DNA of 64,000 nt from Vairimorpha necatrix (Eukaryota), in contig CP142732.1 of assembly GCA_036630325.1 (NCBI GenBank), positions 496,001 to 560,000 on the forward strand, given 5' to 3'. A program made the translations under genes and the position numbers. Of the stretch, positions 46,311-58,295 are shown piece by piece. Position 1 is the first letter of the stretch. The number at the start of each line of letters is the position of its first letter. The notes below the pieces were generated by a model that saw nothing but the letters and a program-made list of their open reading frames with translations, did no database searches and was not told the origin of the DNA.

Positions 46311-46486
46311 TTACAAAGAAGACACTAATGAGCATCTCTTTTGAACATGTTAAGGATTTGTCGGAGAGGAACTGAAATTAAGAACATAGTAGAGATAGAT
46401 AGAAGGTGGTGTGTTTAGAGAGAGTGCGCGGTAGTGGAAGTAAACTGAAGAAAGCAAACCAAACAATAGGTTCAAAAAATGATTTA

Positions 46487-49400
46487 TGTCTTTATTTATC
46501 ATAAATTGGGGTCAATAATATTACAGAATATAACATCCCCCTCCAAGACGGTTAGTCTCATACTTACTCAAACCCCCTTTAAATCATAATGTCTTTTCTT
46601 CACCAGCCGTCCTGTTTCCAATCGTACAATATAAGAATCACCTCCACAAATCGCGTAAATTTTTCCCTTCTCCATAAATCGTCCTTTTTCATATTTAGTA
46701 CATCCTTCAAATTTTCCTTTTTCGCTACTCGTACTTTCTGATTCCTGTAAAACTTTTCTCTCTTCCATTTAACAAACTTCTTACTGTATCTTCCTTCAGG
46801 ACCATTTTCTATCATAACTTTTCCACTAGTATCCATAATTGCCTCTTTCGGTGTACAATCTAACCCACTGTGGTAACTATTATTATACATATCAATCGCT
46901 CTCATAACCTTATCGTCAAAATCATCGCCTTTCATTTTCATAATAGCTTCTCTCAATGTTCCTATTACTCTCTCTACACGTCCATTACTACGGTGGCTTT
47001 CTATGCTTATCTTCCTGTGAGCAATATCTAATCTTCTACATAATATCCTAAGATCCCCCCATTAACAAATTCCTTGCCATTATCGGTTATTATTTCCTCT
47101 GGTCGGTTTCCGTTCCTACATAAACTTTCTATAAACCAAGCAACATTCTGAGCCTTTTTTTCCTTCATGCTTACTCCCCAAATCAATCTAGTATGGTAAT
47201 CAACACCAATCAAAACGTAATTACATTCGTCGCGAAATTCAATCAAATCAAAAGCTACTTTCTATAAATATCTACTGGTACTAATAAAATCACATCCGCC
47301 CGACTTCTTCCTATTATAAATTTGACATCTTTCACACTTCAATAACTCATTATAAATCTCCGACTTCATCCCTAACCAATAGTAAAGCTTCTTCATCGCA
47401 TAATAAACACTTCCAACACTACGAGGGCCTCCATTTTCGTGATATTCCATTATTAATTTTGCCCCATTTCCTCCTTTAGTATCTCTGCTCTTATACCACT
47501 ATCAAAGACCCAGTATTCCTTTCCATCTTCATATACTGTATGTTTCTTCTCTTTTCCTTCGATTTGTTTCACTGTTCTTTTCTTTATCATTTCCTCTTTC
47601 TCAGTCTCTTCAACGGGCGCTCTACTTAACGCATCGGCCACTACCATTATATCTGGCTTCATGTACTTAATTGTAAAATCGAACTCTTGAATCTCCTCTA
47701 TCCACCTATTAATCCTATTAATATCAAAATGTGGCTTTCACCTGATTTCTATCAAAGCTTTATGGTATGTTTCAACTTTAAATTTACGACCTCTTAATTC
47801 ATATTCGAACTTTTTGATTCCCCAGTAGACCGCATATATCTCTTTCTCGCTTATTCCGTATCTTGATTCCGTGGGAGTAAACTTTTTCGAAGCCCACTGT
47901 ACCATCACCCACTCCTCTTCGTCATTCTTTTGCATTAATACCGCGCCCATTCCTATGTTTGACGCATCTGTTCTCAATAAAAACTCCTTTTCAAAATTAA
48001 CTATCTTCAACTTTCCCAATGTCTTAACCTTTCCTTTCAACTTAACAAATTCATCTTTCATATTTTCTGTCCATTTCCATTCGTTCTTACCCTTCAAACT
48101 GTCGGTCAAATGTACCGTTAAATCCGCATAATTTTTTATAAAGCTTCTAAACCATTCTGTTAATCCTAAAAATCTCCTTACTTCTGACACGTTTTGTGGC
48201 TCTGGGAATTCTAACGCTTCGTTTTGTTTTATTTCAGACGGTGTTATCTCTAAACCATTTAGTGTAAACCTCAATAGCTTTACCTCCTTCAAGCATAACT
48301 GTACCTTATTAATATTAATCCTCATCTTATTATCTTCCAACTTCCTAAGTGCTTCTCCTTACATTATATCGTGCTTCTCTCTCGTCGCTGCATGTATTCC
48401 AATATCATCCATATACACTTCTATTCCATTTCCCAAGTGTCTCTCAAACAATTTATTCATTATTTTTTGTAAAATCTGCGGGGAGTTCTTGCATCCCATA
48501 ACCATACTATTCCATTCATAAACCCTTCTATTAAATTCACTTGCAGTTTTATGTTTATCTGCCTCGTCGATCTCAATACTATAAAATCCTTCCTTTAAGT
48601 CAATTACCGTAAAATATTTTGAACTCTGTGTATTCCTAATTATGTCTCTTATATTAACTAATTCATAAGGATCCTTTTCAACCAAATCATTCAAGGCCAT
48701 CAAATTACTCACTAGCCTCATTCCGCAATCTGGCTTTCTTAACGCTCTTATTGGATTTCTCCATTCCGAATTCGACCTTCATATTACCTTCCTCTTTTCC
48801 AGGCCTTTAATAAAATTTTCAGTATCCTCCATTAATGCTTGAGGTATGCACTGTCCTTTCTTCACTACTTTAGCACCCTCTTGTGTTTTTATCTTACATT
48901 TCTCAATCGTACAATATTCTATAACCTCGTCTCCCGAACTAAACACTTTCCTATATTTTGTCTTCAGTTCTTCAAGTCCTAAAATGCTTCCAGCTGCCTC
49001 AACTTCATTTTTTCTTTTTAAAGTTCTCTACTTGTAGGCTTCTTTTGCCTCTTCGCGGCTGCTGTCGTCCTATATCCACTCCGCTCACTAACACTACTAT
49101 CATCTTCGTAGACTGCATTGCACTCCTTTTTATCTTTTCCTTTATATTTGTAATAACATCTATCTCTCTTATGTCCCATTCTCTGACACTCATAACATCT
49201 TATAACTCTTCTTCTCACAGCCCAACGCCTCTGCTATTCAATCTCTCCTCTTACCTCTCTGACGATTCTCACCGTCATCTCCTTCAACATCTCTTTCTCT
49301 CCTCTCTGCTCTTCCTCTACTATATACATCTCTTCTAAAACTTTCCCCATTTTCTCAATTCCGTCCTCCTTCCTCACATATTCTACCATAAAATTTCTCA

Positions 49401-49605
49401 AATCCTCTGAACCCAAACTATAAATATCTTTCAATTCAATCCCTTCCTGTTCTCTCAATCTCAAATCATACATAATAATACAAAACTCATTTTATAACGT
49501 TCTGATCACCTGACCACAGTCCTCACTTGCTGACTTTTTGTTTCTTGTGTTCGCCATGTCTTTATTTATCATAAATTGGGGTCAATCATATTATAGAATA
49601 TAACA
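46487..49605 (-). mobile_element. Ty3/gypsy LTR retrotransposon 3 with 49-bp LTRs; decayed gag-pol
   Basis: LTRs 46487-46535 and 49557-49605 (47/49 identical, TG..CA); PBS TGGCGAAC abuts the 5' LTR; PPT GGAGGGGGA abuts the 3' LTR; TSD ATTTA/ATTTC; fragments show CX2CX4HX4C, YMDD, RTDAS/ADALSR and TDNGKEF. Confidence 0.92.
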
Positions 49606-49642
49606 ATTTCTGCATATTTAAATCTAAAACTGCCCAAAATTG

Positions 49643-50939
49643 GGCGCTACTAAAAAATTCGCACCCCCTAAAAAATACGTTCACTGAAAAAAAATTATTT
49701 GGTATAAAATGAGATAAAATCAAATTTTAAAGGATTTTTTTCCGGGGGGGTGCGAATTTTAAAGTAATGGTATTTTGAACGTGAAATTTTTTTTATTTTA
49801 TCTATCCCTTATAATGAACAGGATGATGGACGAAATGCTCCAATTCAATCCATACAATCCTATTTTCACTGATGATTACAGGGCAATCGACTACGGATTG
49901 AAGAACAACTTGTTATATCCTTGTATTCCCTGTACTAATGATCAGTGCAAAGGAATTATGTTTATTCAAAACATATCTTTGTTTTCTCAAGGAAAGGGGT
50001 ACAAATGTAGCAAAAAATTTTGTAAACGAAGATGTTCATTAAATAAAGGTTCTAAATTTGAATCTTTAGATATTGAATTTAAAAAAAAATTTCGTTGCAT
50101 TTATTGTTGGTGTTTGTCATATACTAATTTTCAGGCTATCAACATGTGTGAAACTTCTGAACCAACATATATTTCTGTAAAAGAAATAATAATGGAAACA
50201 ATTTCCAAGTCTTCTACTGTTTTTAAAACGATAGGTGGAGTTGGTCAGAGGATACAAATAGACGAAACAACCATTTGTAATGGAATTATAGTATCGAATC
50301 CGTCTAGTCGATTGGATTCTGAACCTGGAATTCAGTGGATAATAGGAGGTGTATTAAAAGAAAAATGTAGAAAGTTTTTTGTGGAACTAATACCCAATTG
50401 AAAATGGGAAACGATTTTACTAGTACAAAAAAAATGTGTAAAAGTAGGCACGGATATAATAACTGATGGTTATCTATCCATCCTATCCACGTGCTATAAG
50501 TGAATTTGGTTCTCACCATAGTGTGGTAAATCACTCTATGGGATTTTGTAATGAAGAAGGACAAAATACAAATTATGTAGAAAATATGTGGTCGCATCTT
50601 AAGCATGATTATAGAAAGCGTGGAGGAATGAATAAAATAAGAATTAAATGTTGGTTAGATGAGTTTAAATGGAAAAAAAAATATGGAATAGTCAAAACCA
50701 TTTACAATCAAATTAGCCTCGTAAAAATAATTGATATTTTTTCTATGTTAAAGTAATTAAATTTTTAAACTAAATAATATGTTATAACTGTTTTTTTAAA
50801 TATTTTAACTTTTGTAAATTCATATTTTCATAAAAATATTGTTTTAAATATAATTTTAAGGGTTAAATTTTTTTTTTTTATATAAATTTAATTGGTCAAT
50901 GTAATTTTTTTTAGGGGGTGCAATTTTTTAAGTAACGCC
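49643..50939 (+). mobile_element. Merlin (IS1595/ISXO2-like) DNA transposon; transposase pseudogene 49814..50756
   Basis: ~33-bp TIRs GGCG(C/T)TACT..GCACCCCCTAAAAAA; 8-bp TSD CAAAATTG/TTAAATTG; QIDET, ITDG, VNHS..TNYVENMW motifs; internal stop at 50399 and a frameshift near 50472. Confidence 0.92.
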
Positions 50940-53003
50940 TTAAATTGTATACTAATTCGAATATAACTACTAAATAATAATATAAAGAAACATTTTCGCC
51001 ATATCATAATTAATCTTAACTGGATTTTGCATGGATTTATGAATGATATTTTACACAAATTCTAATAGAACCGCAGAAAAAGGAGTGAGAAATATATGAT
51101 ATCCTAAACTAAATTTAACATATTAAATATCTCTAGGTCAAGTCAATTAGTAAACAGGCAGATTTTTAACTTATCTAGTTAATATAAATAATTAAGCTAG
51201 GTTCAAGCTATTTACGTACGATACAAGCTAGCCATACATATATGTATATATGTATTATAAACAAGAGAAAAATGTTACAAAATTATCTCATAGATAAATT
51301 GTGAATCATTTAGATAATAAGATGACGAGATTTCGTTTTGATTACAAAAAGACAAGTCTTAATCGTTAGATGTATAAATTCGACTATAGGTTGTAAGCAG
51401 AGTCTAAGATGTCAATATAGATACATTGCGCTCTTTTCATATTATATTGTATGAAAGTTTGAAAAAAATAGAAACGAATCGCTATTGAGTAATATAAATA
51501 TAAATACTCACTTGATTTCATAAGAATAAAGGCCAATGGCTAATTGTATAATTTGATACAAGCAATTTCATCTACTCTTTGGTTTGAAAAGATATATAAT
51601 GTTAATTTTTTATCAATAAACTCGTTATAAATAACTTCGAACAAAAATAATCCTAAATGTAATTAAATGCTATAGAATGATTAGAGAATGTCAGAGGACG
51701 CACGTATAGATGCAAAAAACACCCAGTCAAAATATCCAAAGAAATTATTGCGCTACAATTGATCCAAGTTCATCGTTTTGAATAAGGTAGGTGCCCCAGA
51801 TAAAAGATTTAGAACTCTATGTTACTAGCCTGTAAGGAAACTGTTAAAGACGAGGTTAAACGGAAGAACACTAGTATATTTTCTAGTTATGAGTATGCAA
51901 ATTGTATGCCGCACCAAAAAAACCCTTTATAAATCCATAAAGGTTTAAAATTCTCAATATACAATGTATTTTTTCATGGTTCAAAATTGCACATTTATCT
52001 GTACTCAAATAATTTATTCTTAAGTTTTCATAATTTGTGTAACTACACTTCTTGAAAATGTAGTTGAATTTTAGATTTTTTATTATTAAAAACATGAGCA
52101 TTTCTAATTACCTCTAAATCAATAGAAATAAATATTTTTTTTTTTACTCAATTGTCGAAAGTCGAAGCGAGAAAAACGTAAAAAAACAAAAGCAAGTTGC
52201 GGGAATTCGCACAATAATTAAAGTTAGTTTTATAATTTTGTAATATTTCCCTTTTCCAGCTATTTGAAAAAAGACATATATTATAGGCATTATTATTATA
52301 AGTATATTAGATTGTATAAATGACAGTGCTTCAAAACATAGACACTTTAGATTTTACTCTCAATTTGGAATTATACATATCTTGTAAAAATGATGTAATA
52401 CATGACTTAAACATGCTTTAAGTATAAACATTGATTTAACTTCATCTTTTATATAAAAAATAAAAATATTTTGTATCTTCAAATATTGTAATAATAAGTT
52501 TCAAAACTATTTAAAAATTGTAAAATGAATGAAAATGACACAAGAACAAAAGAGATCACAACAAGTTTACAAAATTTAGACACATATTAAGCCTTATTAT
52601 AGGTTTAAAAATTATTAAAAAGATTTCATTTTTTTTCTTGCGCTTTAGGATCAATTAGATCCAAATGAAAGAATTTTCGTGATATAATATTTTCTCTCTC
52701 CGTTATGGTCGCTTTGACTTTCTAAAGCTCGGTTAAATTATTAAAATTTTTAAATATTGGTAAGCTCTGATAAATCATAATAAAACACTTTAATATCTGT
52801 TAATTTCGAAATTACATTTAGCTTGCTAAATAAAGAAACTTATTTACAATTTATATATTTTTCATATAATTGTCCGTATAAAGATTAATCTTAAGTACTT
52901 TGTATTTTAAACATTTTTCTTTTATTTTTCGAGGGCAGAGTTTTTGTTTGTCTGACAAACAAATTCCCCGAGAAAAAAATAAAAAGAAAAAAAGGGCATA
53001 AAA

Positions 53004-54491
53004 ATGGAAGAAAATAAAAAAAAACAAAGAAGAGTTTCTTTTGCATCTGAAGCACCAGAACAAAATGTTTACGAAAAAGAACTAGACATAACATCTCTAA
53101 CAGCTGAAGACTTCACTGCCGACTTGACCTGTGAGCAAACCAAAGTTGGTAAATCTTTTTATGAAAAAGAAGAAGAAAACAAAGAAAATGATTCAATAAT
53201 GTCAAATAATACAGCGGTATTTGATGAACTTGTCAATACACAATATATTCGTAAAATTGTACCACAAGAACAAGTTGTACAAATTAATATTAATGAGTTA
53301 CTTATAGAACATGGTATAAGATTTCTAGATGATATTGTTGTCTCTTCTACAAGAAGAGACACTTTAAGTAAATCAAAAAAAGAAGTAGATCCTAAAAATT
53401 TAATTTATTATGAACATTTTCTCAGTCACAGAATTAAGTTCTTTGAAGATTTTAGTGAATATTTAAAAAATGAGTTAATATCTCTAAGTGAACAATTAAA
53501 AGAAATAGAAATGAATTTTAATATAAAAAATACACTATTAGAAAAAGAAGATAAATCAAAATTAAGAAGTTTAAAAACAGATTGTAGAAATCGAGCTAAT
53601 GTAAGTTGGTATGAATTAAGAGCTAAAAAAGAATTAGAATTTAATGAATTAATTTGTAAAATTAAGAATGATTTGAATAATGAATTTAATAAAAAAGAAA
53701 CTGAGTACGAACAAATTAGAAAAGATTTAGAAGATACAGAATTAAATATAAAATTGATTAATGAGAAGATACAAAATATTAATTCTCATGAAATATTAAA
53801 TGTAACAAATCAAAGTATTGATAAATTACAACAAGACATTTTAAATCACGAAGAAGTTTTAGAAGATTATTTAGCAGAATATGAAAAATTAAGAATAGAT
53901 GTAAATAATAAAAAGATAAATGAAGAATCAAATGAATTAAAATATAAAAATTTACAAGATGAGATTTCAGAATTAGAAAAACAGTTTAGAACTGTCAGTG
54001 TAAATGAAAATGATTTAAATGAAGTTAAAAATGAATATGAAAAATTGACATCAATTTTAGGTCTTGAAATTTTAGAATTTAAAAATGATAAAATCAAAAT
54101 TAAGTTTTTAAATTTTGAGATAATTTTGACTAGAGAAGATTTTAAGATGGAAAATGTTGTTTTTCTTGGTAGTAAAAGTATTATTCATGAGTATGGAGTA
54201 CTTGTATCGAAAAATTATTTTGATTTTTTAGAAGTGATAAATTTACTAAATATTATAAATGAAATTTATAAAGAAATTCAATATATTTTAGTAAATAATT
54301 CAGTAGATATTTTTATAGAAAATGAAGAATTAAGAATTTCGATCAGTGCGCACGATTTATCAAATTTCAAGAATTTTAGTATAAAAATTAATATAAAAAG
54401 TAATTTAGAGATGAAAATAGAAAAAGACAATGAGTCATATTTTTATGATTTACATAAAGACAAAGGATGCATCATTAGTCATTTAGAATAA
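53004..54491 (+). CDS. Kinetochore protein Spc105/Spc7/KNL1-like
   Basis: N-terminal RRVSF PP1-docking motif, MELT-like LDIT/ADLT, GIRFLDD Spc7 motif, coiled coil and RWD-like C-terminus. Confidence 0.85.
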   Translation: MEENKKKQRRVSFASEAPEQNVYEKELDITSLTAEDFTADLTCEQTKVGKSFYEKEEENKENDSIMSNNTAVFDELVNTQYIRKIVPQEQVVQININELLIEHGIRFLDDIVVSSTRRDTLSKSKKEVDPKNLIYYEHFLSHRIKFFEDFSEYLKNELISLSEQLKEIEMNFNIKNTLLEKEDKSKLRSLKTDCRNRANVSWYELRAKKELEFNELICKIKNDLNNEFNKKETEYEQIRKDLEDTELNIKLINEKIQNINSHEILNVTNQSIDKLQQDILNHEEVLEDYLAEYEKLRIDVNNKKINEESNELKYKNLQDEISELEKQFRTVSVNENDLNEVKNEYEKLTSILGLEILEFKNDKIKIKFLNFEIILTREDFKMENVVFLGSKSIIHEYGVLVSKNYFDFLEVINLLNIINEIYKEIQYILVNNSVDIFIENEELRISISAHDLSNFKNFSIKINIKSNLEMKIEKDNESYFYDLHKDKGCIISHLE

Positions 54492-54801
54492 AAGACTAGA
54501 AATTAATATAATAAAGTGTTATACTTAATTCTTAATGTTTAAAATTAATTGTTAAGCGTCATTCGCTCGTAATTTTCAATAAACAACATCATTATTAACA
54601 TAATAACTTAATAAAGCTAAACATAAATACAAGCTAAACAATAATAATTTAATATATTATAAATTACAAGAACAAATATAGTGCTTAATTTCATGATATA
54701 CAGTGAATGTTATTAATTTATAAAAAATCAAATTATTTTTTGATTTTTGATCTTTTTTTCTCATTTATTTTTATTTTTGGTTTTTTTCAAGCCCTTTTTA
54801 A

Positions 54802-55743
54802 ATGGAAAAAAGGATTCTTGATTACATTAAAAAAAATAATGAAACTTACAATAGGCACCTTGAAGATTTCGAAATCGACGAAATCTTCAGGACCTATTTG
54901 GAACTGCACAAAGTTTTCGATGAGGCCCTTCTAATTGGGCACATCGAAAACTTTCAAAATGAAAAAAACTCCAGGAGCCGAACACCCCAAGAGGTCGAAA
55001 GCGCCAAAAACTGGAGGCAGGCACGAAGGGCAAGTGTCTGTTCAGAGAGAATCATCCCCAATGATTTCTCCTCTGTAAGCTTCCCTAAGACCAGGGAAAC
55101 CTTCAAATTTCTAAATGATGTCTTGATTTCTGACATTCCCTTTGGGCTCCTGACGCCAAGGCAGAAAGACAAGCTCATCGACATCATGGAATGTATCGAT
55201 GTAGAAGAAGGGGAGGTCTTAATTAGGGAAGGCGAAAAGGGCAGTACCATGTATGTGGTAGATGAAGGCATTTTTGATGTTTACATTAAAAATGTAAGGA
55301 TCAAGTCCCTTGAAAGAGGTGACATTTTCGGTGAAATTGCCCTATTTCACAATATTAACAGGACTGCCACTGTTATTAGTAGGGTAAAATCAAAAATATG
55401 GGTCATAGAGCAGAAGATGTTTGGAGGCCTGAGGGCCTCCGACAGAAATAAGAATAAAGGCATAGTTCTCGACGGGATAACACAAATGAAGTTATATCCC
55501 GATCTTACGGAGAGAGAACTCATAAGCTTTGTGAATACCTTAACTTTTGATTACCTCAAAATGGGCAGTTCTGTTGTCGTGAATTCTGACGAAGTTTTCT
55601 TTTTTACTGTAGCAGGCGTAATAAAAATAGACGGAGAAGAAAAAGAAGTAAAACAGAAAGAAATCATAAGAAGTGGATTTGTGTGTGTCTCAGTCATAGA
55701 AGGGACAGTAATGAAGACTAGACAAAGGAAATTATATTATTAA
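54802..55743 (+). CDS. Cyclic nucleotide-dependent protein kinase regulatory subunit
   Basis: RRASVCSE inhibitor site; CNB domain with FGEIAL..RTAT phosphate-binding cassette; second CNB degenerate. Confidence 0.85.
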   Translation: MEKRILDYIKKNNETYNRHLEDFEIDEIFRTYLELHKVFDEALLIGHIENFQNEKNSRSRTPQEVESAKNWRQARRASVCSERIIPNDFSSVSFPKTRETFKFLNDVLISDIPFGLLTPRQKDKLIDIMECIDVEEGEVLIREGEKGSTMYVVDEGIFDVYIKNVRIKSLERGDIFGEIALFHNINRTATVISRVKSKIWVIEQKMFGGLRASDRNKNKGIVLDGITQMKLYPDLTERELISFVNTLTFDYLKMGSSVVVNSDEVFFFTVAGVIKIDGEEKEVKQKEIIRSGFVCVSVIEGTVMKTRQRKLYY

Positions 55744-56242
55744 GGTAGAAAAAAGAATAAATAATTTATTTGTGGGTTATTTTAATTTTAGACTTAAGCC
55801 TTAAAATGCCCTGTCTTTCTTTAGGAACAATTAAGAAGAATAAAATAAAATAAAAATGTCTTTTTTTGTTTAGAATGTAAAATAAAACATGTTACTTAAA
55901 ATTGTAAAGGTTATAAAATCTACGCTTACATAATTAAAATGTTTATTGATAAAGTACAAACTCAAGTTTACTGTTAAGTTTAAATTTGGTCATTTATAAT
56001 TAAAATGCATGATTTTAGTACTTTGTTGGTTTTTAAAATTGACTCTATTTTATTGACCGTTAGTCGTTTTTAATTTGACATCTAAAACTCTAAAAATTCA
56101 TCAAAATCTTATCTAATTGGTCATCTATCTTCTTAACCTACTAATAATTTCATTTTATTAAATCTTATTGGTCAGTTATAAATCCCTCCTTTTTCTTACA
56201 AATTTAAATATTAATCAAATCTCATCCCCTTAATTTTCATAA

Positions 56243-56494
56243 ATGAGATTTTACAACGAAGAAAATGACGAGACAACTGACGACAAAGAGAATTTTAATC
56301 CACTTGTGAAACAATACAGTCCATTAAAGAGTATTGCTAAAAAAAGGAACACAATATTGAAAGAAATAACAGATAAAAACAGAATAAGAATGAGTATAGA
56401 AAATAAAGAGAAAGGAGAAGAAAGTGAACTGGGGAATTTATTTAATAATATGGAGAATATTACAAGGAAAAAGAGATTTGGAAGAGAAATGTAG
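56243..56494 (+). CDS. Small protein with KEN box and D-box-like motif
   Basis: DKENFNP and RNTILKEIT; CCC motif upstream. Confidence 0.65.
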   Translation: MRFYNEENDETTDDKENFNPLVKQYSPLKSIAKKRNTILKEITDKNRIRMSIENKEKGEESELGNLFNNMENITRKKRFGREM

Positions 56495-57301
56495 AAAAAA
56501 ATGTGACTAAAAACAAAAATAAAAATACTTAAAATAACATTTTATAAAAATTTAAAATTCATTTTACAGTTTGTTTGTTTTAGCATAATTTGTTTATGCT
56601 GAAAAAAAACTATAAATAGAAAGTTTTTAGCATAAACAATGAAATCATAAGATGAAAAATATTTCGATTTTTATATTAGTAAAAAATAAGGATAAAACTT
56701 ATTTACATTTTAGTGTAGCATCAACAAAGTAAATAATGACTACTTGCCAAAACAAGACTGATTATATACAAGGCCCTGTGTATAATTTACAAGCTACCTT
56801 AGATCTTATTAGCGCTCATATTCCCAAGGCATTAATAAAATAAATAGAAAATTTGTTTAGAAAAAGGCATCAATCATGTCTTTGAATTCACAAAAGGGCT
56901 GTTTTAAGCAGCCTCAGAATCGAGTACTTTAAGCTTTTATCCAGTTTACTCTTCGAGAAAACTTTTATGGTCGCCAATTGTCAAGCTTATCAAAGTCTTT
57001 TTGATGATCCTTGTCTCAGTAGGGATTTTTAGATACTATAGTGTTAATTGTGGTCCACAAATTTACTAGGCCCTTCAATTATTTTTTTAGTGCAATTACA
57101 TCTCTAGCCACTTTCAGTATCTTCCTGATGGTATTCTCATATGATCCATAGAGATAGACTTTGTGTCTTTTTAGAAATGTGAAATTGACTATTACGCCAT
57201 TGTTTTATAATTATATACACTTATATACACTTATATATATATATGATAATTATTGTTATATATAAATTTTGTTTATTTATATATAAAATTCTGACTCATA
57301 T

Positions 57302-58066
57302 TTATTCATATGACTTTTTCTTTGTATATTTGTTATGTGCTTTTATAAATCCATTACTATCTACAATTACACTATTCCCAGATTCCAAGATAATCAACTC
57401 TACTAATCTTTCACAATCTTCCATCTTCAGATTAGTCAAAATCCCTATAAGATTTACACTCGCTTCTCTATCTTTCCCATACAACTTCTTTATTAGTACT
57501 TCGATTTTACAAGGAATCTTTTTATATTTCAGATATTCTGTACATTTAAAAAATCCATTTCTATCACCAACTACAAATTTGTTATTCTCTACATGTTTGT
57601 TATCATTGAATGGTTGTGCATCTTCGATCTTACTACTTTCCAGATCTTTAGTATCAAAAATATCATTGAGTTTTTGCGAGTTTAAGAAATCTGGTATCTC
57701 ATTAATTATTTCATAATTAATGAAATCTCTGTCATAATCTCTCTTGATTTTTGTTCCTACTAATTCGTTATTATTGATTTTTTCTTGCATTTCTGATTTA
57801 GTGTATGGGCCTAGTATGACGTCATCTTTAGATTTTATAAGCCATCTGTCGTCTTCAAATTGTTTTATATTTTTCTTTTGATAATATTTTTGTGGTCTTA
57901 TAAGTGGAGCTATAATTTTTCTTTTAAATATTAGATATTTTTCTTCTGCTGTAAATGGTTCTAATGTTTTTATATTGTGACTTGTGATGTCTAATATTTT
58001 GATATTAGAATTCCATACTAGTGGTTTCTCAGATTTGTAGTCTAAAATTCTGTGAAGATCTTTCAT
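57302..58066 (-). CDS. GYF-like domain protein
   Basis: WLIKSKDDVILGPYTKSEMQEKI matches the GYF pattern W.Y.D..G..QGPF...M..W; CCC motif upstream. Confidence 0.6.
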   Translation of the reverse strand: MKDLHRILDYKSEKPLVWNSNIKILDITSHNIKTLEPFTAEEKYLIFKRKIIAPLIRPQKYYQKKNIKQFEDDRWLIKSKDDVILGPYTKSEMQEKINNNELVGTKIKRDYDRDFINYEIINEIPDFLNSQKLNDIFDTKDLESSKIEDAQPFNDNKHVENNKFVVGDRNGFFKCTEYLKYKKIPCKIEVLIKKLYGKDREASVNLIGILTNLKMEDCERLVELIILESGNSVIVDSNGFIKAHNKYTKKKSYE

Positions 58067-58295
58067 TTTTATAAGGGGGAATATTTTCCAAAAAAATATA
58101 AACAGAAAAATGATCTTAAAATAATATATGATTTGAAGTATAAAACATGATCTAGATTATAAAGCAATATACAGTGGGAAATATGATTTATACGATAAAT
58201 TATATAATACAAAGTATAATATCTGAACTATAAAATATAATATAAGAGTTTATAAATACTTCATACAAGGAAATATTTTCATAACACATAGAGAT

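Noticed and set aside
45555-46344. Short ORFs recurring within SINE copies (also 7539, 7929, 33466)
   Set aside because: Frames, starts and stops are not conserved between copies; the similarity reflects the repeat itself.
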